A DNA stretch of 30,089 nt from Fibrobacterota bacterium (GTDB taxonomy: Bacteria; Fibrobacterota; Fibrobacteria; UBA11236). A model generated the notes under the pieces. The model saw only the letters and a list, made by a program, of their open reading frames with translations, was not told the origin of the DNA and searched no databases. The stretch is taken from the NCBI GenBank assembly GCA_043753995.1, contig JAYUVP010000347.1, positions 1 to 30,089 of the forward strand, in the 5' to 3' direction. The position numbers and the translations under genes are program-made. Of this stretch, positions 8,312 to 17,671 are shown piece after piece (position 1 is the first letter of the stretch; the number at the start of each line of letters is the position of its first letter).

Positions 8312-11300
8312 TTATTTTTCCTCAGGTACGGCGACTTCTTGCTGTAGCTCATTGATTTCTCGGCGTGCTTCAGCCTCCATTTGCATCAGAAGCTCGACCT
8401 TTTGGTCTTCGCTAAGTGCACTATTGCCATAAATCTTCGAAATTCGCTTCAAATTGCTTTCGTACTTGGGATCGTTATTTTCATTATCTGGCTGGCTGGT
8501 CGGGCTTGCTCCGTCTGAATCAGCGACCGGTTTGGCCAATTCCGATGCGGGGCGAACCTGTTTGGCGGGAACCTCTAAGTTCACCTCGGTGGCCGCAGAG
8601 TCCAAAGCTTTCAATCTATCGACGATTTTCGTACGGGTCTCATTATTGATGCTATAGGTCTGGGCCATATTGAGAGCTTCTTTATAGGTCTCAGCCGCCT
8701 TTAGCTTGGTTTCTTCTGCTGCCTGCTGTAGCTGAGCGCGCTCTTCCTTGCCTGCACTTTTAGGAAGTGGGGCCTGGGGAAGCAAGCGGCTTAAGTTCTC
8801 CATGGATTGTCCCTTGAACAAATAGGCTTCCATCAAACGCATGCCGCTGGTGTCAATCAAGGGATTTTCAATTCCCTGATTCAAAGAGACGTCCAAATTC
8901 TTCTTGTATAACTCTGCGGCCTTTTCAAGGTAGGCAGGTAGACTGGCCTGGCTTTCAATGTGAGAGCGAGCGCGATCATCACCACTCAAACCAACCGGGC
9001 GCTCATTATCTGATATGGTGGCAATGGCTACGAACAAATCACCCATGCGCATCGTTGAACGCAATGCCCATTCTTCTTCGGCCATTTCGACGCCTTTAGC
9101 ATAGAACTGAATGGCTGATACCAAATTTTGTTGCATTTCGCCGACTCGATTTTGGTTTTGGCCCTTGGTTCCATCCAGGCGAACGCGCTTCACTTTTTCA
9201 AAAAACATTTCTCCAGCCAAGTAGGCGGCTTCGGCAGGGATAGCCGGAGGCATCACCTCCTTCTCTGCATCACCAGCCCTTTTCTGGGTCGCTATGCACT
9301 TCGAGAAATGCTCAAGCGCTTTTTTCTCATTACCGAGATTCTTGTAATTTTTGCCTGCACCAAGGTGTGCACGAACCAACTTGCCTTTGTCATTTTCGAA
9401 TTGCTTGGCGAAATCCTCATATGCAATAGCTGCTTTGGCATAATCACCCTTCTTTTCGAGAATCAGGGGAACGCTGAACAGGGCTTCAATGGCGTACTGG
9501 CTCTTGGGATATTTGTCGCCCAGGAGTTTGTAAACCGCAATAGCATCGCCCCACTCCTTGGCCTGCTCGTAGAGCTGGCCGCCATTGTACAAGAAGCCTG
9601 GAGTCTTGAGATGATCAGGGTATAAGCGGAAAACCGATTCATAGGTCTGTCCAGCCTTCTTCAGGTCGGGAGCCTTTTCAAAAGCATCCGCTGCCCAGCC
9701 TACGGAAGAGAAAGCCAAGGAATCCGATGGAAATGTTCTTTGGACTACCAGGAAAACCTCAGCGGCCTCACGAAAGCGCTTCTTCGCCATATAAAATGAT
9801 GCGGCTTTGAGAATGGCCTTAATCTTCAGTGGCGATTTAGGATATTCCTTGTGAATGCGCAACAGGGTATTTACACCATCATCGGTGCGTCCGGCCGAAT
9901 CATAATTGAGGCCAGCCTCAAACAATGCCTTGTCGGCAATGTCGACATCGCGGAAATCTCTAGCCAGCTGAGCATATTTTTGAGCGGCCATAGCATGATC
10001 GCCCGACTTTGCTTTGGTATCCGCTTGTTTGAAAATCGTAGCGGCCAAAGCCTTTTTGACTTCTTCACAAACCTTAGGATCCGCCTTGGCGCCTTTGCAA
10101 ACTTGACCACCAATGACGGTGAATTGCTTTTCTGCCGCTTCGTATTGCCCATCTTCCAATAAGCTCTGGGCTAAAGCGCGGCGGACTTGCACCGCGTATT
10201 TGTGATTCGGGAAGCGCTCGCTCACCTTGGAAAGGCTTGCAATGGCTTCCTTGTATTTCTTGGCCTCATAGTCGACAAAGGCTGCATTGTAGGCCAGCTC
10301 AGGAGCCGAGGCCGAGCCGCCGTATTTGACCATGAATTTTTCGACTGATCCGGCATATTCGCGTCTTTCCGATCCAGAATAAGCAGCCAAGGTGTCTTTA
10401 TTGTATTTGGTCTCCAACGCGGATTTTCGATATTCATCCATCATCAACACCGTGTTGTAGGCGGCATCTTGTCGTGAGACTAAGTCTTTCTTTTCAGGAG
10501 GCAGTTTTCCAAACTTGTCGGAATTAGCGGTAGCGCACCAATCCCATTCATTGGCTGAGGACTTGTATTCCTTGAGCTTATTGTAGAGCACCGCCAAATT
10601 TTGGTGAACTTGAAAAACTTCCCAAGATTGCTCGTTGTAACGTCCGAGATATTCCTTATAGCCTGCTTCCGCTTTTCGCAGCATTTCAGGATCACCCTTG
10701 CCTTCATCACCTTTTTGGTGATAATAGACGGGTATGGAATACATGGCCAAGCGAATCGCCTTCTGAGAATTCTCGAAAGCTTCTTTATTACCACTATTCT
10801 TGCGGTACCAGCTTGAACCGCTTTCATAACGCTTGACCAAGTCTCGACGAGCTTGTTGAGCTTCATCCGCCTTTTTCTGAAGCACCAGAATTTCGACAAT
10901 GCTCAAATCCGCAATGGGAGCTTTAGGATAGGTTGGATCCTTGTCCAAAAGAAATCGGAATGCCTTCACCGATTCATCCAAGCGATCATGGCCCTTGTTT
11001 TTTTCACCGATTTCAAAATAAATGTCGCGTTCCCAAACAGGATTGCCTTTTTCCCTTAGGAATTTTGCGGCTATTTCAAAACCATTATCCATATCCGCCC
11101 AACATGCGGCCATGAAAGCCATAGCTTCTTCGCGCAAATCGGCCTTTAATTTTCCCGCGTCAGCCAAGGAGACATACTCGAAATACCAACGAGCAGCTTC
11201 CTCAAAATTGGCCATGTTATAATAAGCTTCGGCGCGATGGTATAACGCCAATCCTGCTTCATTACCTGGATAATTCAGAGGAACTTTTTCGTATTGATCC

Positions 11301-12076
11301 ACTGCTTTTTGGTATTTGCGCTTGAGGAGCCAATATTCACCAAGCCTTAGGTGGGCTTGAACCGATAGGCCATGATCCGGAAACCGGGTCACCATTAAAT
11401 TCAAGTATTCGTAGGCACGATCTTCATTGCCCTGCATGTCAGAGATAAAGGCGGCTCGCACCAAGGCAGGAGGCACATTTGTGTGATTGGGATATTCCTT
11501 CAAGAATTTTTCAAAATAGCCGAGCGAAAGCTTGTGTTCGCGTCTGGGAGAAACGGGCTCAGGTCCTTTGCGATCACGATCTTCCCAAGATGCAAACTGC
11601 TGCTCATACTTTGCTTGCTTGACGAGAAAGCCGTCTTCTTCGTTTTGATAGGTCAAATTTGCAACTTGAAATAAAGCTGAGGCGCAACGCTCCGTCTTTT
11701 CAGTGCAGCTATTGACGTAGTCCGAAAATTCCTTGATGGAACGATTCCGGGTGTCGATCTTGGCTTGCATTTCGCCAGGGTCGTTATTCTCTTCGGTAGC
11801 ACTATTGCGGGATTTTTCCTTAGCAACATCGCCTTTATAGTCTTCAAGGTCGCGCCGATAGGCATCCACCTTCTTCTGCCTTTTCTCAAGGCAAGAAGTT
11901 TGGTCCGAACCTGAAAGAGCATTGCATTTGGCTTGCAACTGCTCCAATTCGACCCTGCGTTTTTTCAAGTCGCTCAGTCGAGCATCGGCCCCGACCAGTT
12001 GGGCAAAACCCAAAACCATGGCGGGTAAAACCAACAGGCACTTCTTCAGCATTGCATTCGACCCGGTAGGCATCAT
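8312..12076 (-). CDS. Large exported tetratricopeptide-repeat protein (BamD/YfiO-like TPRs; GltD/AgmU-like)
   Basis: About 1250-aa helical-repeat protein with many TPR units ending YP/FP (e.g. FLKEYPNH, LGDKYPKSQYAIEALF). Signal peptide MLKKCLLVLPAMVLGFAQLVGA. Start uncertain (12076 or 12052). Confidence 0.85.
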   Translation of the reverse strand: MMPTGSNAMLKKCLLVLPAMVLGFAQLVGADARLSDLKKRRVELEQLQAKCNALSGSDQTSCLEKRQKKVDAYRRDLEDYKGDVAKEKSRNSATEENNDPGEMQAKIDTRNRSIKEFSDYVNSCTEKTERCASALFQVANLTYQNEEDGFLVKQAKYEQQFASWEDRDRKGPEPVSPRREHKLSLGYFEKFLKEYPNHTNVPPALVRAAFISDMQGNEDRAYEYLNLMVTRFPDHGLSVQAHLRLGEYWLLKRKYQKAVDQYEKVPLNYPGNEAGLALYHRAEAYYNMANFEEAARWYFEYVSLADAGKLKADLREEAMAFMAACWADMDNGFEIAAKFLREKGNPVWERDIYFEIGEKNKGHDRLDESVKAFRFLLDKDPTYPKAPIADLSIVEILVLQKKADEAQQARRDLVKRYESGSSWYRKNSGNKEAFENSQKAIRLAMYSIPVYYHQKGDEGKGDPEMLRKAEAGYKEYLGRYNEQSWEVFQVHQNLAVLYNKLKEYKSSANEWDWCATANSDKFGKLPPEKKDLVSRQDAAYNTVLMMDEYRKSALETKYNKDTLAAYSGSERREYAGSVEKFMVKYGGSASAPELAYNAAFVDYEAKKYKEAIASLSKVSERFPNHKYAVQVRRALAQSLLEDGQYEAAEKQFTVIGGQVCKGAKADPKVCEEVKKALAATIFKQADTKAKSGDHAMAAQKYAQLARDFRDVDIADKALFEAGLNYDSAGRTDDGVNTLLRIHKEYPKSPLKIKAILKAASFYMAKKRFREAAEVFLVVQRTFPSDSLAFSSVGWAADAFEKAPDLKKAGQTYESVFRLYPDHLKTPGFLYNGGQLYEQAKEWGDAIAVYKLLGDKYPKSQYAIEALFSVPLILEKKGDYAKAAIAYEDFAKQFENDKGKLVRAHLGAGKNYKNLGNEKKALEHFSKCIATQKRAGDAEKEVMPPAIPAEAAYLAGEMFFEKVKRVRLDGTKGQNQNRVGEMQQNLVSAIQFYAKGVEMAEEEWALRSTMRMGDLFVAIATISDNERPVGLSGDDRARSHIESQASLPAYLEKAAELYKKNLDVSLNQGIENPLIDTSGMRLMEAYLFKGQSMENLSRLLPQAPLPKSAGKEERAQLQQAAEETKLKAAETYKEALNMAQTYSINNETRTKIVDRLKALDSAATEVNLEVPAKQVRPASELAKPVADSDGASPTSQPDNENNDPKYESNLKRISKIYGNSALSEDQKVELLMQMEAEARREINELQQEVAVPEEK

Positions 12077-12098
12077 CGAACCTTTCTTCATCCTCAAA

Positions 12099-14312
12099 CT
12101 ATTCGACATCAAGATTTTGGAGTTCTTGGTCGCTAGGTGCGCGCTTTTCGCTAGCTCCGCCCTTGATGTTGATCACAGTCGCCTTAGTAAACTTGGCGTC
12201 CTTGATGATTCGATCTTTATTCTGCAAAAACTTATCCACTTGCTCGACTTCGCGAAGGAATTCCAAGTAGCTCTCGATCTTCTTTTGAATCTCTTCAAAA
12301 CGTGGACGTAATTGGTCTCTTTTGGCCAAAACGCGATCCGTTGGCAATTGGTTCGCCAATTGATAGGCCTCTTTTTGAACTTCCATGAATTCAGGCGTAT
12401 TGGTAGCATTTTCAGACTTGCGTTTCTGAATTTCCTGCGCGGTCACAGCCTTCTTTTCGGCTTCACTGACTGCACCATCTAATTCCTTAATGCAACGGTC
12501 ATAATCCTTGTCGAAATAAGCCGAAAAGGCAAGCAATAAGTGCGCTTCAGGAACTAACAAGCTATTGGGAAGCTTGCTGACAATTTCAGAGGCATAGGTC
12601 GCACTTTCTTTGGGGCGATTGGCCTTAAGGAAAGACCAAGCCAGTCCAAGCAAGGCCTCGTCATATTTAGAGCTGGAAGCAGAAACCGAGCCATAAAATT
12701 CAGCGGCCTTAACCAATTGGGGCGGCTCTTTACCAAAATTGATATGGCCCAATTTGACTGCCGTAATTTCTTTCATTTCCTGCTCAGAAGCATTGGTTGG
12801 CTTGGCTTCCATAATGTCTTGGAAGGCAGCCTCGGCTTCCTTGGTTTTCTTTAGGTTGACATAGCTCATAGCTATGGTGAAACGGGAATAGATGTAGTTG
12901 GCATTGCCAGGGAGAATCGGGGACAGCAAAGCTACTGAACCGTGATAGTCCTTTTGTATGAAGCGCATTTGGCCCATGACATAGTCAGCATCGCTCTTCA
13001 CGTCGGATTCGGGATAGAGATTGACCAATTGCTGATATCGCTTGGTGGCTTCGTCGAATTTGCCTTCCTTGTAATCAATATTCATCAATTGAAACATGTA
13101 TTTCGGACGTTGATCCGAATCGGTATACCGCTTTAAAGCATCGTTGTAAACTTCACGCGCTGCCTGATGCATGCGTAAGTTTTCAAAGGACTTACCCTTA
13201 TAAAAAGCAGCCTGGTCAACCAAGTGGAAGGATGGGTACTTGGTGATAACCTTGCCAAAGGCATAGGAAGCGAGCAAGAATTTGCGCGCCAAATACAAGC
13301 GCATGGCCTCACGATAGGCATCTTCCGGCTCAAGCTTCAAACGGCGGTAGCGAGCCTCGCCAATTCGCTCCTCGCGAGTAGGACCCACGCGCGTCAGGAT
13401 TCGGAGATTGTAAACAAATCCACGATTTTGGTCGTCGGCAGATAACTTGTCATGTGACAAATCAAGATCCAATTGCAAATATCGGAACAGGTTTATGCGC
13501 TTGACATTGACCGTGGCGCCCACGACTGGATAGCTCAGTTTATTCCACTTCAGCTTCAGGCCAAGCATTTGGCTCAAATACCAAGTCATTCGGCCTGTTG
13601 GCACGATTTCAGTGCCGGTGCCGCCTTCGGTCGCTTTGTGAGTAAAGTCAATTGCAGAAACGGAGCCAGCCAATTCCAACCGTCGGTTGAAACCACGCCA
13701 GAATACGCTGAAATTCACATTGCGCGGAATTTCGTAAAACTGACCGCTAGGAATTTTCACCTTCGGCTGCAGGACGTTTTGAACGGCTAAACCAATCTGC
13801 AAATGTCCAAAACGGGAGGTTGAGAATGGATTATATCCAAGTCCAAGGTCAATACCATAGCTGATATCGGTGACGGTACCAAAAGCATTGAATTGAATCA
13901 AATTCAAGTTGGCACCCACCGCCAGCTTGTGCGCCAAACCGCTTGGAAAACCCCAAGGCATGCGATAGGCATACCCTAAGCTATAGGCATTTTCGAGATA
14001 AACCGCAGGCGAGCCGTCGATTTTCGAGCCGTTCTCGAAAAAGGTAAAGCCAACCGAATGGTTGTAATCAAAGGGATGCACGGCTGCGACATACTCTTGT
14101 CCCGCGAGACTTGAGATGGTCTGAAACATGCCATAACCCACCTCAATTTGATCGTTTTCCGCGATCGTAGCTGGATTTACGTATTGACCCAGATTTTCAC
14201 CATATTCAGCAAACCAGTCGTTTTGCTGATAGTGATGAGGCTTATACGTGGCTTGTCCGAGCGAGAGGGACGCAGCGGCCAGCGTCGTTGCGAGGACGAA
14301 AATGGTCTTCAA
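12099..14312 (-). CDS. Outer-membrane beta-barrel (PorV/PorP-like N-terminal half) fused to a TPR domain
   Basis: Signal peptide, YVNPATIA motif and amphipathic strands (YGIDLGLGY, LQIGLAVQNV) over about the first 310 residues, then TPR repeats and a coiled coil. Ends in TAG. Confidence 0.78.
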   Translation of the reverse strand: MKTIFVLATTLAAASLSLGQATYKPHHYQQNDWFAEYGENLGQYVNPATIAENDQIEVGYGMFQTISSLAGQEYVAAVHPFDYNHSVGFTFFENGSKIDGSPAVYLENAYSLGYAYRMPWGFPSGLAHKLAVGANLNLIQFNAFGTVTDISYGIDLGLGYNPFSTSRFGHLQIGLAVQNVLQPKVKIPSGQFYEIPRNVNFSVFWRGFNRRLELAGSVSAIDFTHKATEGGTGTEIVPTGRMTWYLSQMLGLKLKWNKLSYPVVGATVNVKRINLFRYLQLDLDLSHDKLSADDQNRGFVYNLRILTRVGPTREERIGEARYRRLKLEPEDAYREAMRLYLARKFLLASYAFGKVITKYPSFHLVDQAAFYKGKSFENLRMHQAAREVYNDALKRYTDSDQRPKYMFQLMNIDYKEGKFDEATKRYQQLVNLYPESDVKSDADYVMGQMRFIQKDYHGSVALLSPILPGNANYIYSRFTIAMSYVNLKKTKEAEAAFQDIMEAKPTNASEQEMKEITAVKLGHINFGKEPPQLVKAAEFYGSVSASSSKYDEALLGLAWSFLKANRPKESATYASEIVSKLPNSLLVPEAHLLLAFSAYFDKDYDRCIKELDGAVSEAEKKAVTAQEIQKRKSENATNTPEFMEVQKEAYQLANQLPTDRVLAKRDQLRPRFEEIQKKIESYLEFLREVEQVDKFLQNKDRIIKDAKFTKATVINIKGGASEKRAPSDQELQNLDVE

Positions 14313-14329
14313 GGCGAACTCTCCCAGGG

Positions 14330-15817
14330 TTACTTGATACGGTAGAACTCAATGCGACGGTTTATGGACCGTCCCGAGGCCGTCTTATTGTCTGCTTTGG
14401 GACGGGAGGACCCGAATCCCTTTGCCACCAATCGGCTGGCTTCAATGCCACGATTGATCAAGTATTCTCGAACCGCATTGGCACGATCATGAGACAACTT
14501 GACATTGATTTTGTCGGTTGCCGTATTGTCGGTGTGACCGGCGATTTCGAAGCGGCGATCCGAGTACTTAGCAAGTTGCTCATATACCTGATCAAGCTTG
14601 GTATAGGATTCTTCGGTGATTTCCGCCGAACCCGTTCGGAAAGTCACTCCATCCAGGACAAAATTGTCTTCAGGCGCTGTGGCAACCTCATCAGGGCAGC
14701 CGTCATCATCCTTGATACCATTCTTGGTTTCGGCTTGGTCAGGGCACTTGTCCTGTGAATCGGGAATGCCGTCCTTGTCATTATCGGGATCTGGGCAACC
14801 ATCTTCGTCTTGATAGCCGTCTTTATCCTCAGCATCATTGGTGCACTTGTCCTTAGCATCGGGAATGCCGTCATTATCGTTGTCGTAGTCCGGGCAACCA
14901 TCTTGATCTTGATAGCCGTCCATGTCTTCTGCTAAATCTGGGCAAACATCCTTGGAGTCCGGGAGGCCGTCATTGTCGCGGTCTCCGTCCACCTGAACGA
15001 CGACGTCTTTCGAAATGAGGCCAATATCCAATTGACCATATCCGCGGCGAATCATGGGGGATTTTGCAGCGCAGAAAAAGTTCGGTTCACCCAAGTCCGG
15101 CGAAAGGAACATGGGTTCGAGGCTCAGATTGGTTTTGTTGATCTTGGTATAGCGGTTGAAAGGCAAATAGTTCTTGTAAATGTCATTGTATGTGATTTGG
15201 CTTTGGCCGGAAGCAGGGTCGCTGAAAATACCATGCTCGTGGTTTTCCATGATGATATTGTTGCGGGCGACGATGCGGCTTGGACCCTTCAGGGTCAAGC
15301 CATTGTAGCCGCTGCGTAAAATGACATTATGCTCGATGCGGGTATCCAAGGACTTGGCACCCCAAGCTAAAATACCCGACCAGCGGTTGCCATAAATCAC
15401 GTTGTCGTAGATTTGCGGCAAGGCTATGAAGGCGCCGATACCCGCGCCCTCATTGTCCAGGATATAGTTGTGGTGAATATAGGGTGAGGCATTCTCACAG
15501 AGAATACCGTCGATTCCATTGGTCACCGTGAGGCGACCAATTTCCGATCCAGTCACTGCATATACCGTCGGCCCGCGTCGCATGCCGTCGATGATGCATT
15601 TGTATGGATCGGTCCCTAGGAGAATCACGCCCTGAACCAGGGTCACGTTCTCGTAGTAGCGACCAGGTGTCACCAGAACAGTATCCCCGTAATCAGCGGA
15701 GATGAGGGCTCCGTTGATGGTGGGAAAATTGTCCGGGACCCGAACGGTCTTTGCCTCGATGGAGCTTAGACCCATCAAGCTGCCGCACATAAGTGCAGCG
15801 TAGAGATGCTTTTGCAT
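14330..15817 (-). CDS. OmpA-family protein with N-terminal right-handed beta-helix and thrombospondin type-3 repeats
   Basis: Signal peptide; beta-helix (VPDNFPTINGAL...GDTVLVTPGRYYE, then HHNYILDN/DNVIYGN/HNVILRS repeats); DxDxDGxxDxxDxCP repeats; OmpA-like peptidoglycan-binding domain (IAGHTDN...LSHDRANAV...NRRIEF). Confidence 0.92.
   Translation of the reverse strand: MQKHLYAALMCGSLMGLSSIEAKTVRVPDNFPTINGALISADYGDTVLVTPGRYYENVTLVQGVILLGTDPYKCIIDGMRRGPTVYAVTGSEIGRLTVTNGIDGILCENASPYIHHNYILDNEGAGIGAFIALPQIYDNVIYGNRWSGILAWGAKSLDTRIEHNVILRSGYNGLTLKGPSRIVARNNIIMENHEHGIFSDPASGQSQITYNDIYKNYLPFNRYTKINKTNLSLEPMFLSPDLGEPNFFCAAKSPMIRRGYGQLDIGLISKDVVVQVDGDRDNDGLPDSKDVCPDLAEDMDGYQDQDGCPDYDNDNDGIPDAKDKCTNDAEDKDGYQDEDGCPDPDNDKDGIPDSQDKCPDQAETKNGIKDDDGCPDEVATAPEDNFVLDGVTFRTGSAEITEESYTKLDQVYEQLAKYSDRRFEIAGHTDNTATDKINVKLSHDRANAVREYLINRGIEASRLVAKGFGSSRPKADNKTASGRSINRRIEFYRIK
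14690..14990 (-). repeat. Intragenic TSP3 Ca2+-binding repeats with 99-bp (33-codon) period
   Basis: gggcaaccatcttcgtcttgatagccgtc (14793) and gggcaaccatcttgatcttgatagccgtc (14892). Three 33-aa units such as DNDGLPDSKDVCPDLAEDMDGYQDQDGCPD. Confidence 0.85.
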
Positions 15818-15892
15818 AGAATGTGATCCCTGTAAATAACCTAGACTCGCACAGGTCTGAAGTCAGGGGAGGTAGGCCCTTCGTCAGGCTCC

Positions 15893-15921
15893 AAGTTACC
15901 TTGGACTCTCAGTCAAGTCAA
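15893..15921 (-). promoter_or_regulatory. Putative sigma70 promoter of the envelope-complex operon
   Basis: TTGACT-N17-TAACTT on the minus strand about 75 nt upstream of the ompA-like ATG. The -10 box is embedded in the inverted repeat TCCAAG-N4-CTTGGA. Confidence 0.55.
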
Positions 15922-16090
15922 ACGGTTTTTAAGAATACTAAATTCTGGATCCGCCTCCTACTGGCCAGGCCCGAAGCGCATTAGTGAATGCATTCAGCGG
16001 TAAAGTTCAATTCATTTTACACAATCGCCATAACTTCCTCCTTCTCAGGCTTAGGCATCCCTTCAAATGCATATACGACAGGGCTTTGAG

Positions 16091-17671
16091 ATGGGTTTCG
16101 TCTGGTTAAAAATTCTTGCCGTGGTCGCCTGCACCCTAGTCTTGGCGGCCTGCCAAGGCGGTGAGGACAACCTTTCCACCGAAGTTTTGGTTGTCGGAAA
16201 CGGTGCGGAACCGGCAACTTTGGATTTACATCAAGCAACGGGACAACCGGAACTTCGGATTTTGGGTGCCTTGGTCGAAGGCCTTGTCGTGCGTACTCCA
16301 AAAGCCGGAACAGTTGAACCCGGTTTGGCGAAAACTTGGTCCGTGGATAGCACGGGTACGCGGTATGAATTTCAATTGCGCAAAACACAATGGTCGGATG
16401 GTGCGCGTCTGACCGCTCAAAGCCTAGTTGCTTCGTGGAGGCGCTTCGCAGACCCTGCAACGGCAGCAGAATATGCGTCTTTGCTGCGAGTTGTCAAAAA
16501 TGGTGACTCTGTTCGCCTGGGTCGCTTACCCATAGATAGTTTGGGAATTCAGGCGACTAGTGACAGCACGGTTGCAATAAGGTTGGAAAATCCCGTCTCC
16601 TTTTTCTTGGATCTATGCGCCTTCGAACCTTTTGCCCCTGTTCCTGTGGACAGCATAAAGCGTTATGGCATAGGCTGGACTCAAATAGGCCGTTTCGTAG
16701 GCAATGGCCCTTTTCGCTTAGCAGGCCGCTCGGCGAACCAATCCCTGATATTGGAGCGCAATCCTTTTTATTGGGATAGTGCGAAGGTTTCCTTGCGGCG
16801 AATTGAGGTGAGGCCCATCGAGGATCAATTGACGGCATTTCAAATGTTCCGGAATTTTGAGCTGGACTGGACGTTCAATATTCCCCCCAGCCGCATGCAA
16901 AATGCGAGACAAATGCCTGAGTTTTATGCTGCTCCCATGTACGGCACATATTACTTCCTGGTGAATTGCCGAAAACCGGGCTTTGATTCTCCCAAGCTTC
17001 GCCAAGCCTTGAGCTATGCGATTGATCGCAAGCGCATCGTCGAAAAGGTTCTCAAAGGCATTGGAAGTGTCGCGACAGGTTTTGTTCCGACAACGGCCCC
17101 CTACCCCGAAATGCAGGTCCTGGCATTCGATACGCTAAAAGCCAAGACCTACTTACTTGAGTCGGGCTTCAGCACTGATAATCCCCCACCCCAATTGAAG
17201 ATCTTGTTCAACAATAGCGAAACGCATAAAACCATAGCCGAAGTCGTGCAGCAAATGTGGAAAAGCACCTTGGGATTGAATGCCGAGCTTGTCAATTATG
17301 AGTGGAAGGTCTATCTCGAAAACACACGCAACCTCCATTATTCCGGTTTGGCCCGCGCCTCCTGGATTGGCGACTTTTCCGATCCCATTTCCTTTTTGGA
17401 ATTGTTCACGACCAATAACGGCAATAATCGCGCAGGATATTCCAATTCCGAATTTGACAGCTTGATTTCCCTCAGTTGGCAAGAAGTGGATGCCGTAAAA
17501 CGCATGGCCTTGCTGCGACAGGCAGAAACCTTACTTCTTCAGGACATGCCCATCATACCCGTCTATCACTATGCCGTGACGGAAATGCGATCGCCAAGAT
17601 TGCGGCATGCCGATCCCAATCCGCTCGGAATGTATGCATGGAAAAATCTTTCCTTGGTCGCAAAACCATGA
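16091..17671 (+). CDS. oppA: Oligopeptide ABC transporter substrate-binding lipoprotein
   Basis: Lipobox LAAC, GNGAEPATLD, PGLAKTW, WSDGARLTA, GNGPF, LERNPFYWD, ARASWIGDFSDP and QDMPIIPVYHY (family 5 SBP motifs). Confidence 0.93.
   Translation: MGFVWLKILAVVACTLVLAACQGGEDNLSTEVLVVGNGAEPATLDLHQATGQPELRILGALVEGLVVRTPKAGTVEPGLAKTWSVDSTGTRYEFQLRKTQWSDGARLTAQSLVASWRRFADPATAAEYASLLRVVKNGDSVRLGRLPIDSLGIQATSDSTVAIRLENPVSFFLDLCAFEPFAPVPVDSIKRYGIGWTQIGRFVGNGPFRLAGRSANQSLILERNPFYWDSAKVSLRRIEVRPIEDQLTAFQMFRNFELDWTFNIPPSRMQNARQMPEFYAAPMYGTYYFLVNCRKPGFDSPKLRQALSYAIDRKRIVEKVLKGIGSVATGFVPTTAPYPEMQVLAFDTLKAKTYLLESGFSTDNPPPQLKILFNNSETHKTIAEVVQQMWKSTLGLNAELVNYEWKVYLENTRNLHYSGLARASWIGDFSDPISFLELFTTNNGNNRAGYSNSEFDSLISLSWQEVDAVKRMALLRQAETLLLQDMPIIPVYHYAVTEMRSPRLRHADPNPLGMYAWKNLSLVAKP

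Noticed and set aside
14690..14990. Periodic repeats as a possible CRISPR array
   Set aside because: They are degenerate, in-frame coding repeats (TSP3) with no unique spacers and no cas genes.
17476..17667. N-terminal extension of oppB in the ORF track
   Set aside because: It overlaps oppA. ATG 17668 coupled to the oppA stop gives a normal OppB N-terminus.
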